A stretch of 64,000 bases of DNA from a virus. The stretch covers positions 7,303 to 71,302 of IMG/VR virus record IMGVR_UViG_3300005529_001094. One strand, given 5' to 3'. The position numbers and the translations under genes are program-made. This document shows, in pieces, positions 38,230-46,343 of this stretch; within the stretch, counting starts at the first letter, position 1, and each line of letters begins with the position of its first letter. The notes below the pieces were generated by a model. The model was not told the DNA's origin, made no database searches, and was given only the letters and a program-made list of their open reading frames with translations.

Positions 38230-38317
38230 GGCCTTTGTCCCCCGAATTTTGGCCTTTGCCTCCCGAAAATCAGGCCTTTGCCCCCTGGAATTTTGGCCTT
38301 TGCCTCCCGGAAAATCA
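38230..38317. repeat. Four tandem 21-23-bp imperfect repeats (GGCCTTTG core with A/T tract)
   Basis: Units start at 38230, 38251, 38273 and 38295 in ABAB pattern. Confidence 0.9.
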
Positions 38318-38420
38318 CGCGCGTCGATCACGCGGACCCTCTCGCTCTCATCGTCGGGGATCATCACAACCGCGGGTCGGCCGCCGAGCGTCCAGTGCTC
38401 AATACGTCCCGTGCGCCGTC

Positions 38421-39503
38421 TCACCGGAGCCCCACGACTTCGGCGCGCCGCTCTCCGCCGACCTGCTGCACGCGAGCGGCGGCGTCCCGGAGATCCTGCT
38501 CGCTCACGATGTTGTACCGGTCCAGAATCGACCGCGTCCGCTGGCCGAGCACGTCCTGCACGACGCGCTCCGGGACGCCCGACCGCACGTATGCGCGCGC
38601 GGCCGACCGCCGGAGGTCGTGGAGCATGAGGCCCGGCAGCCCAGCCCGGACGCACGCGGACCGCCACGCGCTGTAGTGGTCGCGGATCTGCTGACCGTCC
38701 CGGTGGCAGACCCAGCGGACGATCATCCCGCGCTCGCGCTCGACGCGATCGGTCTCGGCGCGCCACGCCCGAAGCTCCTCGAGCGCCTCGGGCGGGAGGT
38801 AGGCAACCCGACCCTCGCGGTTCTTCGTCGTCCCGACGTCGAGGCGGACCTCGCCGGTGACCAGGCTCACCTGGCGCCACTCGAGTCCCAGGAGCTCGCT
38901 CCGGCGCCAGCCGAGCCAGCAGCCGAGCACCGCGAGCGGCCGGAGGTGGGGCGGGAGCTCCGCGAGCAGGCGCACGTAGCCCTCGGCCTCGAGGAAACCG
39001 GTCCGGACGTTCTCCACCTTGATCGAGGGGAAGACGGGCACGCGCGTGACGCGCCCGGCCTCGAGGCCGAGCGTGAACGCGCGCCGCAGGACGGCGAGCT
39101 CGAGCCGGGCGGTCGCCGGCGCGGCGCCAGCGGCGAGCCGTCGGCGCACGTACCCCCGGAGCCGCGGCGTCGTCACGTCCACGGCGCGATCGCGGCCGAA
39201 GACCGGCTCGAGGTGCTTCCAGGCCTTCGCCAGATTCTCGATATGGCGGCCGTTCACCTCGTAGTCGACCCGGAGGTCCGCCCAGAGCTCCGCGACGCGC
39301 GTACGGGCCGCATCGGGCGCGCTGCGCCCCGCCTCGTAGTCCGCCAGCAACGCGCGCCCCACCGCCTCGGCCTCGGCACGGGAGGTAGCGTCCGTGGGGA
39401 TCTCCGGCCGCTGGCCACGGAATGAGACCCGTACGTACCAGCGCGCGCCACGCTGCCGCGCGTGGACTCCCGTCCGCTGCGATGTCACTCTGTCGCTAGC
39501 CAT
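38421..39503 (-). CDS. int: Tyrosine recombinase/integrase
   Basis: GWRRSE (R), TTKN (K), HDLRR (H-x-x-R), LGQRTRSILDRY (Y). Confidence 0.93.
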   Translation of the reverse strand: MASDRVTSQRTGVHARQRGARWYVRVSFRGQRPEIPTDATSRAEAEAVGRALLADYEAGRSAPDAARTRVAELWADLRVDYEVNGRHIENLAKAWKHLEPVFGRDRAVDVTTPRLRGYVRRRLAAGAAPATARLELAVLRRAFTLGLEAGRVTRVPVFPSIKVENVRTGFLEAEGYVRLLAELPPHLRPLAVLGCWLGWRRSELLGLEWRQVSLVTGEVRLDVGTTKNREGRVAYLPPEALEELRAWRAETDRVERERGMIVRWVCHRDGQQIRDHYSAWRSACVRAGLPGLMLHDLRRSAARAYVRSGVPERVVQDVLGQRTRSILDRYNIVSEQDLRDAAARVQQVGGERRAEVVGLR

Positions 39504-39708
39504 TCCCCATCTCCCTTCGAAAAAAGTTGGGTCCGCCGGCCGCACCTAGCGGCCGAAAAGTTGGGGTCGCCCGGGGGGGCGTAGCGCGACCCCCTGACGC
39601 GGTGCGTCGGGGGCATTCCACCGCACGGCGTCATTGGTGCACCGCGTCATGGCACAGATCATGCTGTTGACGCGTCGCGCCACGCTGCGGCACCTGGCAT
39701 GTTTTTTG

Positions 39709-39999
39709 TCATGACGCCGGCCGTTTCCGACCCCATCGCGCGGCGGCCGCCATGCGCGCGATGCGCTTGCGCGCGGCCGCGGACACGGGTCCGCGTTTCT
39801 TCAGCCCGGCGCGCCCGAGGCACGATGGACATCGCAGCGGGCGGCCGCAGTCGGGGCACGCGGGCGCGGACGGCGGCGCGCCTAGCGCTCGCTCGATTTG
39901 ATCCAACACGTCGGGCGCGAGCGCGTCCGCAATGGCGCGCGCGCGCACGCGGGTGATTACCGCAAGCGCAGCGCGCACACGGTCGTCTTGATCATTCAT
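39709..39999 (-). CDS. Small basic protein with CxxC..CxxC and RKRIARMAAAARW tail
   Basis: GGAAGGGAGG RBS; zinc-ribbon plus basic tail suggests DNA binding. Confidence 0.55.
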   Translation of the reverse strand: MNDQDDRVRAALAVITRVRARAIADALAPDVLDQIERALGAPPSAPACPDCGRPLRCPSCLGRAGLKKRGPVSAAARKRIARMAAAARWGRKRPAS

Positions 40000-40237
40000 C
40001 GTCTGGGGAGCCTCCCTTCCGCGGCAACGGACCGTCGATAGCGAACCCGTGTCCATCGGCGCGCGCCTGCATCTCTAGCTCACGTGCGAACGCGGCCGGG
40101 TCGGCCGTTTCCACGTCAGCTACATACTTGCCGTCCGATTCCACGCGCAGCAATGGGAATCCGTGCGGACCCGTGCCGACGTGCCGAACCGTCATTTTCG
40201 CCCGGCGAGCGGGCGGACCCCGCTTGTCGTTCGACAT
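39992..40237 (-). CDS. Hypothetical protein
   Basis: ORF in the early-type block. Confidence 0.5.
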   Translation of the reverse strand: MSNDKRGPPARRAKMTVRHVGTGPHGFPLLRVESDGKYVADVETADPAAFARELEMQARADGHGFAIDGPLPRKGGSPDDE

Positions 40238-40308
40238 CTAGCCTCGCAATCTCCCGCAAGGGTGCGGGCGGACGGGCGCGCCGCGGGGCGTGCCCTACCG
40301 TCCGGACC

Positions 40309-40506
40309 CTACCGTGCGCCGCACGCGCGGCACGGTAGCGCCGAGTCTCGTGTTGCGGCACGCATGGCGCAGTCGCGCGTCGGATGGCGCACGGTCCCGC
40401 CCGCGTCGCACGTCGCGCAAACCACGCGATAGTCACTAGTCCCGCGGCGTACCACGGCGCGCGTTCCGATGGCGTAACGGTCCCCGGGCTCTGTGCGCGT
40501 GTCCAT
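40309..40506 (-). CDS. Small zinc-finger-like protein
   Basis: CATC...CRAC; GCGGAGGG RBS. Confidence 0.55.
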   Translation of the reverse strand: MDTRTEPGDRYAIGTRAVVRRGTSDYRVVCATCDAGGTVRHPTRDCAMRAATRDSALPCRACGAR

Positions 40507-40510
40507 TCGT

Positions 40511-41194
40511 TCAACCCTCCGCGCGCTTGACGGCAGCGCGCGCCTTCGGCGCCCCGCTACCGTGCGCCTCGAAAGCGATCGCCGCGCGCCGCGCCTGCAG
40601 CGCGTCGGCATTCCAGCACAATCGACAGTCAGTGCAACGGATGTCGTCGCGCGCCTGAGCGGGGCAGGGGATCACGCGGACCCCGTCGACCACGGCGGCG
40701 CGGTCCGAACCGAACCGCGAGACCACGATTGCCGGCGCGTATCCACGGTTCAACGCGCGCTTGGCATCGCCGATCGATTCCACGCTCGCGAGCACGCTAG
40801 TCGCGCCCCATGCCTCGCGCGGGACGTCGCGCCAGGCGTGCGTATACGTCCACACGGGCGCGCCGCTGCGCAGCTGGTAGCGGTCGACGGCGCGCGCGAG
40901 CGTACGCGCGGCGGATGTCGTCGCGGCGTCGCCAACCACGCGCAGCCGTAGCGGGCGCTTGCCGCTCAGCTGGTCGATGGCGCGCGCCTCTTCGCGTGCG
41001 AGCTCTCGCCGATCGGCGCGCCCGGCGGCGCGATTGAGACGCGACGTATGAATGCCCTGCACGCCTTGCTCGGCGTAGCAACCTGACTTGAGAAGCGGAC
41101 AAGTGGCGGGGCACGTCGCCTGCGTGGCGTGCGTCACGCTCACCGGGCCCGTCTTGCGGTTGGCGGTTCGTTCGACTGCGATTGCCCTGGTCAT
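40511..41194 (-). CDS. Gp88-like/DUF7227-like Cys-rich (possibly Fe-S) phage protein
   Basis: NRKTGP, TCP..CP....CYA, LRL.V.GD, WTYTH, CPAQ....C..C.LC and FEAHG motifs. Confidence 0.65.
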   Translation of the reverse strand: MTRAIAVERTANRKTGPVSVTHATQATCPATCPLLKSGCYAEQGVQGIHTSRLNRAAGRADRRELAREEARAIDQLSGKRPLRLRVVGDAATTSAARTLARAVDRYQLRSGAPVWTYTHAWRDVPREAWGATSVLASVESIGDAKRALNRGYAPAIVVSRFGSDRAAVVDGVRVIPCPAQARDDIRCTDCRLCWNADALQARRAAIAFEAHGSGAPKARAAVKRAEG

Positions 41195-41391
41195 TTCGCC
41201 CTCCGCGTTCTGTCGCGCAGTAGCTTCGCCTTATTGCTTGCCGACCGCATTGCATCGGCGACGCGCCGAATCTCGGCCTCGCTGCGCTCGCCCTCTAATG
41301 TCGCGTCCACGTCACCCGCCAGGAGAAACTCCAACGCTTCGACGATTCCGTCTAATTCACGCTTACTGAAACGAATTCGCGTTATGCCCAT
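41191..41391 (-). CDS. Hypothetical protein
   Basis: GGAGGGGGCTATG RBS. Confidence 0.55.
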   Translation of the reverse strand: MGITRIRFSKRELDGIVEALEFLLAGDVDATLEGERSEAEIRRVADAMRSASNKAKLLRDRTRRAK

Positions 41392-41463
41392 AGCCCCCTC
41401 CGGTTGCCTTAGTGCGACCGCGGAACGGCGCTCGCGCGCGGCGAACGCCGAACCGTGGGCGCG

Positions 41464-41682
41464 CTAGCCCTCCGGCAGTAGCGCCCGCGCCATTGCCTCG
41501 ATCCGAGAGAACCGAGCGTAGCTCAGCGCGTGGCGTTCCATAGCCTCGCGGTCGCCCGAGAGCGCCGCCGACTGCATGCGGCGCGCGGCGCGACGGACCG
41601 CGACGCGTAGGCGCGCGTGCAATCGCTCGCGGCGCGTCGGATACATAAGCCGGCCGTAGCAGGCTGCAGTATGTGTGTGCAT
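41464..41682 (-). CDS. Hypothetical basic protein
   Basis: GCGGAGGGCTAACCCGATG junction. Confidence 0.5.
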   Translation of the reverse strand: MHTHTAACYGRLMYPTRRERLHARLRVAVRRAARRMQSAALSGDREAMERHALSYARFSRIEAMARALLPEG

Positions 41683-41686
41683 CGGG

Positions 41687-42316
41687 TTAGCCCTCCGCGC
41701 CGCCCGCGAGTAACCGCGCGATCGCGCACGCCATATCGATCGAAAGCGACCGAATGTTGATTGACACACTGTCGCCGCTTACCTGTACGTCGGCCGCGTT
41801 GTCGCCGCGCGTCCAGTAGGACGAACCGCCCGCGCGATGCTGCGGTTGGTAGAGGTCCAACCCCGCAGCGCGCAGGCGCGCGACGTTCGCCGCTACCTTC
41901 GCGGCGTAGCTGTCAGACCGCGCGCGCCGTGCACGGAACTTCGCCATGGCATCGTCGAGCGCCGGGAGCAACCGCCGCTTGATTTCCGAAGCGACGCGGT
42001 CCGGCGCGGCGTCGAGCGCAACCGTGATCACGGGACGCGCAACGCCCGATGGCCATAGGTCGCGATGGCGAGTCAGGTCCGCGGGGTCCGGCGCGACGTC
42101 GCCGCGAACGATCAAGCGGCGCCTGTAGCCGTCGACACTGAAAGTCAATTCGCATTCGTTCGCGTCGGTCAATTCACAGGCGCGCCAAGCGCGATCGCCG
42201 TCCGCATCCGGCTTACCTTGCGTCCATTTGCGGTCGCCGATCGACAATATTTCGCCGATGGTTGCGACGCGCGCCGGTAGCGCCCGCTCGGATACTTGCT
42301 GGTTTTCGTATGACAT
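41687..42316 (-). CDS. Hypothetical phage protein
   Basis: ITVALD..P..VASEIKRRLLP; GCGGAGGG RBS. Confidence 0.65.
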   Translation of the reverse strand: MSYENQQVSERALPARVATIGEILSIGDRKWTQGKPDADGDRAWRACELTDANECELTFSVDGYRRRLIVRGDVAPDPADLTRHRDLWPSGVARPVITVALDAAPDRVASEIKRRLLPALDDAMAKFRARRARSDSYAAKVAANVARLRAAGLDLYQPQHRAGGSSYWTRGDNAADVQVSGDSVSINIRSLSIDMACAIARLLAGGAEG

Positions 42317-42319
42317 AGC

Positions 42320-42613
42320 TCAACCCTCCGCGCGGCGCGCCGGGCGTGACCGCTTGAATAGCTCGCGCCCGTCGACAGTTTCGACGATGCGAGCGCCAAC
42401 CTTGGCCAGCGCGTCGCCGGGCGTGAGCTTATCGGCGCACGCGGCGCACATAACGTTTTCCGAGCGATTGCCGCTCGCGTGCTCGACGGTCAGGATGACC
42501 GTGCGCCGGCAATCGAGAATGCTGCCACAGTGACGGCAAGTGATGGAGTAGCCGGCCGCCCATTTCAGCAGATTGCGGTTGAGTGTTGGCGCGATGCCTA
42601 AGGTGTCTTCCAT
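42320..42613 (-). CDS. Zinc-finger-like hypothetical protein
   Basis: CRHCGSILDC...CAAC; AGGAG RBS overlaps a TTGACAATGTCA site. Confidence 0.6.
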   Translation of the reverse strand: MEDTLGIAPTLNRNLLKWAAGYSITCRHCGSILDCRRTVILTVEHASGNRSENVMCAACADKLTPGDALAKVGARIVETVDGRELFKRSRPARRAEG

Positions 42614-42648
42614 GGTATCTCCTGACATTGTCAATGCGCGCGACGCAG

Positions 42649-42879
42649 CTATGGACGCTGCAGCGCGCGACGGAACACCGTCTGCCGATTGCCGTCCGCA
42701 TCCTCTACGACTGCGAAGGTATGCGACCAACCGCGCATATTGGGACCGTAGTAACGCGTGACGCCACGCACGCGCGCGTTGCGCTCGATTGCGCGGCCGC
42801 GCGGACAGCCGTGCGTCAACGGTTCGCACAAGTCCAGTACGCCGGGGCGGTAGATCCAAGGGAATCGAGGGCGCGCCAT
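42649..42879 (-). CDS. Hypothetical protein
   Basis: GCGGAGGGCTAGGACCATG junction. Confidence 0.5.
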   Translation of the reverse strand: MARPRFPWIYRPGVLDLCEPLTHGCPRGRAIERNARVRGVTRYYGPNMRGWSHTFAVVEDADGNRQTVFRRALQRP

Positions 42880-42883
42880 GGTC

Positions 42884-43090
42884 CTAGCCCTCCGCGGCCG
42901 CGCGCTGCGCCGCGCGAATGCGGCGAAGTAGCTCGCGCGCGAATTGCGGGCTGACGCGACCGCGCCAGAATGGACCCCGGCCGCCTCGCCTTACTTCGCG
43001 CGGCCCGCATCCGGCGGGTCCGTCGTAGAACCAACCTTCGGCGTCGCGGGTTAGTGTCAGCATGCCAAAACGGTAGACCGTGGCGTCCAT
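42884..43090 (-). CDS. Hypothetical protein
   Basis: GCGGAGGGGGTTGAGCTATG junction. Confidence 0.55.
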   Translation of the reverse strand: MDATVYRFGMLTLTRDAEGWFYDGPAGCGPREVRRGGRGPFWRGRVSPQFARELLRRIRAAQRAAAEG

Positions 43091-43116
43091 AGCTCAACCC
43101 CCTCCGCGCCGCGCGC

Positions 43117-43389
43117 CTAGCGCCCGCCCGTGGCCAGAAGCGACCACGTCCCGTCATCTTCCGCGCAGTAGATCGCGAGCACGATGCCGCGCGGCGCGTC
43201 GACCACGAATCGCACGGCGCGGCCGCAGCCGACATCCACGCTCGGTACCGCGCTGTAGGCGACCACGCCCGTCGCGGCGTCATGGGTAACGGGGTCCAGC
43301 TCGCCGAACGTCCAGCGAGCGGGAGTGTCGGGAAACGACTGTGAACCGATCAAGCTAATGAAAGCGGCAACTGCAGTAAGCATTTTCAT
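43117..43389 (-). CDS. Small protein with possible signal peptide
   Basis: MKMLTAVAAFISLIG; GGAGG RBS. Confidence 0.55.
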   Translation of the reverse strand: MKMLTAVAAFISLIGSQSFPDTPARWTFGELDPVTHDAATGVVAYSAVPSVDVGCGRAVRFVVDAPRGIVLAIYCAEDDGTWSLLATGGR

Positions 43390-43580
43390 TCCTCCACAAG
43401 TCCGGTATGCGATTCACAATCTTCGCACCATGTGTCGTCCGCATCGTCCGCCGGTTGAACTACTGCGTTCGTATTTGGGTCCACCCAAACGTGAGCGCGC
43501 ACGTGGCGGCCGCCGCACTTCGCGCAAACAGGTCTAGTCGGCATTATTCCTCCAGGTTGGTGGCGCCCGCGGGCGCCGGG

Positions 43581-43775
43581 TTAGGGCGTTACTTCGTATC
43601 GTCCGATCGCGTTGCCGTTGACGTCCAGTAATTGCCGGGCGCCGACCGTGCACCGCTGGCGAATGGCAAGTTGAATCTCGCCCGGCGCAATGCTGCGCAG
43701 GATTCGACAGGCCTCACGCGCGGGATTAGGCTCGAATGCTGCGTTGTCCATTTCGATTGTGACGGTGAGTGTCAT
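43581..43775 (-). CDS. Small phage protein (I..DNAAF...E..RIL...D.NGN.IG pattern)
   Basis: Motif pattern recurrent in small phage early proteins. Confidence 0.65.
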   Translation of the reverse strand: MTLTVTIEMDNAAFEPNPAREACRILRSIAPGEIQLAIRQRCTVGARQLLDVNGNAIGRYEVTP

Positions 43776-43820
43776 TGTCGCGCCTTCCTATGGCGCCCGC
43801 AGGCGCCGTTGCGAACATTG

Positions 43821-44054
43821 TCAATCGCGAACGCCCGGAAAGACCACGGGTCCGGTGATCGGGCAACCGCGCCAATGCGACTGGCCCGTCCTTACCGCGT
43901 CGAGAAAATCGGCCAGCGAGCGCAGGTTGATCGCGGCGGTTCCGGCAACGTCCTGCCATGATGCATTGCCGGGTCCGACGACATCACCCGCGAGGATGTC
44001 GAGGTCGCCGATAGCGTCAAGGTAAAGCTTCTGCACAGTGTCGTAGATGTCCAT
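43821..44054 (-). CDS. Hypothetical protein
   Basis: GCGGAGGGCTGACCGATG junction. Confidence 0.55.
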   Translation of the reverse strand: MDIYDTVQKLYLDAIGDLDILAGDVVGPGNASWQDVAGTAAINLRSLADFLDAVRTGQSHWRGCPITGPVVFPGVRD

Positions 44055-44110
44055 CGGTCAGCCCTCCGCGAGCGCCGTACGCTCGTCTGTTGTCGACATT
44101 GTCAATGCCC

Positions 44111-44449
44111 CTAGCGCGCGACGGCGCCGCTGCGCCGGTAGACGCGCACGGCCCCGCGACGGTCCCGCAGCGTTCGCACGAATGCCGTTGCCATGGCCCG
44201 CTCGCAACGGCGGTTGTCCCGAGCGATGGCCAGTAACCGCACGCCATGCCGATAGCGGCGTCGGCGCTCGATTGCGCTCGCAGCGGTCAGGAGCCAACGG
44301 CCGGCGCGCCCGGCGAGCGTAGCCAGCGGCGAGCGTGGCGCATAGCGGTAGGCGAGGGTGCCCTCGCACGCGACCGGCGACGTGCGCGCCATGTCGGGCG
44401 CGAGCGCGATGCGGGCGCGATCGGATAGCTGTAGGGTTGCGGTTGTCAT
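44111..44449 (-). CDS. Hypothetical basic protein (starts MTTATL)
   Basis: GCGGAGGG RBS. Confidence 0.5.
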   Translation of the reverse strand: MTTATLQLSDRARIALAPDMARTSPVACEGTLAYRYAPRSPLATLAGRAGRWLLTAASAIERRRRYRHGVRLLAIARDNRRCERAMATAFVRTLRDRRGAVRVYRRSGAVAR

Positions 44450-44811
44450 GCGACCCTCCGCGTCCGCCGGGTGATTCCGCGGTCGGTCCATTCGAGCTTG
44501 TCGAGATGCACGCCCTCACGCGGCGATCCGAGGTCGCTGCGGTCGACGTACCAAATCTTGCGACATGATGGACACGTGCGGTCGTATGTCTCGCGCGGGA
44601 CGTCTGCGATCGCAGTGAACAATGCGAGACGGCCGCAACACGGGTACTTCGCGCGCAGCGTGCGCCGTGGCAGGGTTGCGGTTGTCATGGCGTCACCCGG
44701 CGGGCGCCGCTCGCCCGCGGTCGCACCGAACAGGACCGGGCATCCGCAGCGGCGGCAACCGGCATCGTGGTCAACGTCGATCAACGGCGTTTCGCATTCG
44801 CAGTACAGCAT
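44446..44811 (-). CDS. Cys-rich zinc-finger-like protein (possible internal start MTTATL at 44688)
   Basis: CECE..CRRC and CC..CPSC; GAGGAGG RBS. Confidence 0.5.
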   Translation of the reverse strand: MLYCECETPLIDVDHDAGCRRCGCPVLFGATAGERRPPGDAMTTATLPRRTLRAKYPCCGRLALFTAIADVPRETYDRTCPSCRKIWYVDRSDLGSPREGVHLDKLEWTDRGITRRTRRVA

Positions 44812-44815
44812 GGCG

Positions 44816-45238
44816 TCAGACCTCCTCTGAGCGCAGCACCTCGGCCACCGCGTCGACCGTGCCGTTGTCGCGACCGGCGCAGACGAGCGCACCCGTGCGC
44901 TGGCCAGTCGGCACGTCGCGAGGCGTCGGACGCTCCCAGCAACGCCCGATCGCGTACCCGTAGGCGAACGCGGTCGCCTCGCGCTGGTAGCGGCGCCCCT
45001 CGCGCGCCTGGGCGAGCTCGTCATAGGTCGCGAGATACATCGGCGCAGTGCGGTCGGGCGCCGCGTCCGCGTCGGCCGCGTTGTACTGCACCCAGCCCAG
45101 TGCGCCGTCGACCTGCGGCGCGCGGCCGTGCGTCGCGTGGTCGATTTCCCATCCGTCGCAGATCCGCAGTGCGGTGCGGAGCGATTCCTCGCGCGCCTCG
45201 CGATCCCAGAAAGCCAAGTACGCTTCGCCGAATGCCAT
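44816..45238 (-). CDS. Hypothetical protein, first gene of leftward early-type operon
   Basis: AAGGGGGAG RBS; follows a sigma70-like promoter. Confidence 0.6.
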   Translation of the reverse strand: MAFGEAYLAFWDREAREESLRTALRICDGWEIDHATHGRAPQVDGALGWVQYNAADADAAPDRTAPMYLATYDELAQAREGRRYQREATAFAYGYAIGRCWERPTPRDVPTGQRTGALVCAGRDNGTVDAVAEVLRSEEV

Positions 45239-45283
45239 CGTCTCCCCCTTCGTGCTGTGCACAATGTCGCTAACCACGATGCC

Positions 45284-45312
45284 GTTATGCAATGGGCCTG
45301 CAGCACTGTCAA
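45284..45312 (-). promoter_or_regulatory. Sigma70-like promoter TTGACA-17-CATAAC
   Basis: Consensus -35 with 17-bp spacer, about 45 bp upstream of ATG 45238. Confidence 0.55.
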
Positions 45313-45366
45313 CGACCTTCTGAGAGATTTCTGAAAAACGTAGCGCTGGCGCGGGAAAATAGTTGC

Positions 45367-45648
45367 GACAATGTCAATGTCAAGCAATGGACGAAGGCGT
45401 AGCTACCCGAGCGTAAGTTACGGTGGCGTAGCGTAGGCGTGCGGGGCGAGGGGGCGGCGAGGGCTGACGTCTAATTGAAAACGATTCTCAATTTCATGTC
45501 GGCCACCGCGGCGCTCGGAAGGCAGACCGACTGGCCTGGCGCAGTGCGGCAACCAGATGTGGTTCAACGCGGTGCGGCTGGTTCAAATGAACCAGGCAAC
45601 GGGCCGACGCTGACCGTCGGTCAGTGATTTTGATAATCACTTTCAATT
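45367..45648. promoter_or_regulatory. Array of distinct operator-like palindromes
   Basis: At least seven unrelated inverted repeats separated by GC-rich linkers (detailed in findings). Confidence 0.65.
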
Positions 45649-45673
45649 GGACTTCCACCGCAATGCGTTGTGT

Positions 45674-45702
45674 TTGACCTAGGCGCCGCTCTGTTCTATT
45701 TC
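45674..45702 (+). promoter_or_regulatory. Candidate promoter TTGACC-17-TATTTC for terS-like gene
   Basis: 17-bp spacing; 45 bp upstream of ATG 45747. Confidence 0.4.
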
Positions 45703-45746
45703 TGGGCCTTGCCGAAGCAATTCGTTATTGCTTGGGGGTCAGAAAA

Positions 45747-46343
45747 ATGAGCGAAAACGTAGACTTACAGGGGAATTCCCCGGATTTGCCCCGGTTCTCG
45801 GACGTGGCCAACCAGCTAGCGGCGCCGCTTCCGGTGCCCGCATCCGAGACGGTCAAACGACGGCCGGGCGCGCCCAAGGGAAATCAGAACGCGCGCAAGC
45901 ACGGGTTGCGGACGCGCAACTTTCGGGCATTCGATCGGCGGAAGGGTGCCGATCGGCGAGCGCTCGAAACCGTGGCCGCGATCGAGCGAGCGCTAGGCGA
46001 GAAGCGCGCGACGCCCCAGCGCTTGCTCATTCTAGCCAACGTCGCGCGACGTCTGCGCGACCTCGCAAAGGTCGACGGCTACCTAGCCCGCACGGGCGAA
46101 TTCATTGGCAAGTCAAAGGGGATGCCCACGCCCACGCCGCTCGTGGAGTACCGCCTGCGGTTGCTCGAATCGATCGACCGGGCGATGGAGCGCATCGGGC
46201 TAGACGCCGGCGCGCCGGCGCGCGCGACCCTCGCCGATGTCGTCGCATCGTTCAGCGCGGTCGACACCGACGACGATGGGTCTAGCGACCCCGGAGACGA
46301 GAGCTCCGGCGGCGCGGCACCCGCGGTACCGCCCGCGGCGTGA
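45747..46343 (+). CDS. Terminase small subunit-like protein
   Basis: RPGAPKGNQNARKHG motif typical of terS N-termini; helical body ending IGL. Confidence 0.65.
   Translation: MSENVDLQGNSPDLPRFSDVANQLAAPLPVPASETVKRRPGAPKGNQNARKHGLRTRNFRAFDRRKGADRRALETVAAIERALGEKRATPQRLLILANVARRLRDLAKVDGYLARTGEFIGKSKGMPTPTPLVEYRLRLLESIDRAMERIGLDAGAPARATLADVVASFSAVDTDDDGSSDPGDESSGGAAPAVPPAA

Noticed and set aside
38230-38317. Mini CRISPR array
   Set aside because: Units abut with no unique spacers and are too short; no cas genes are present
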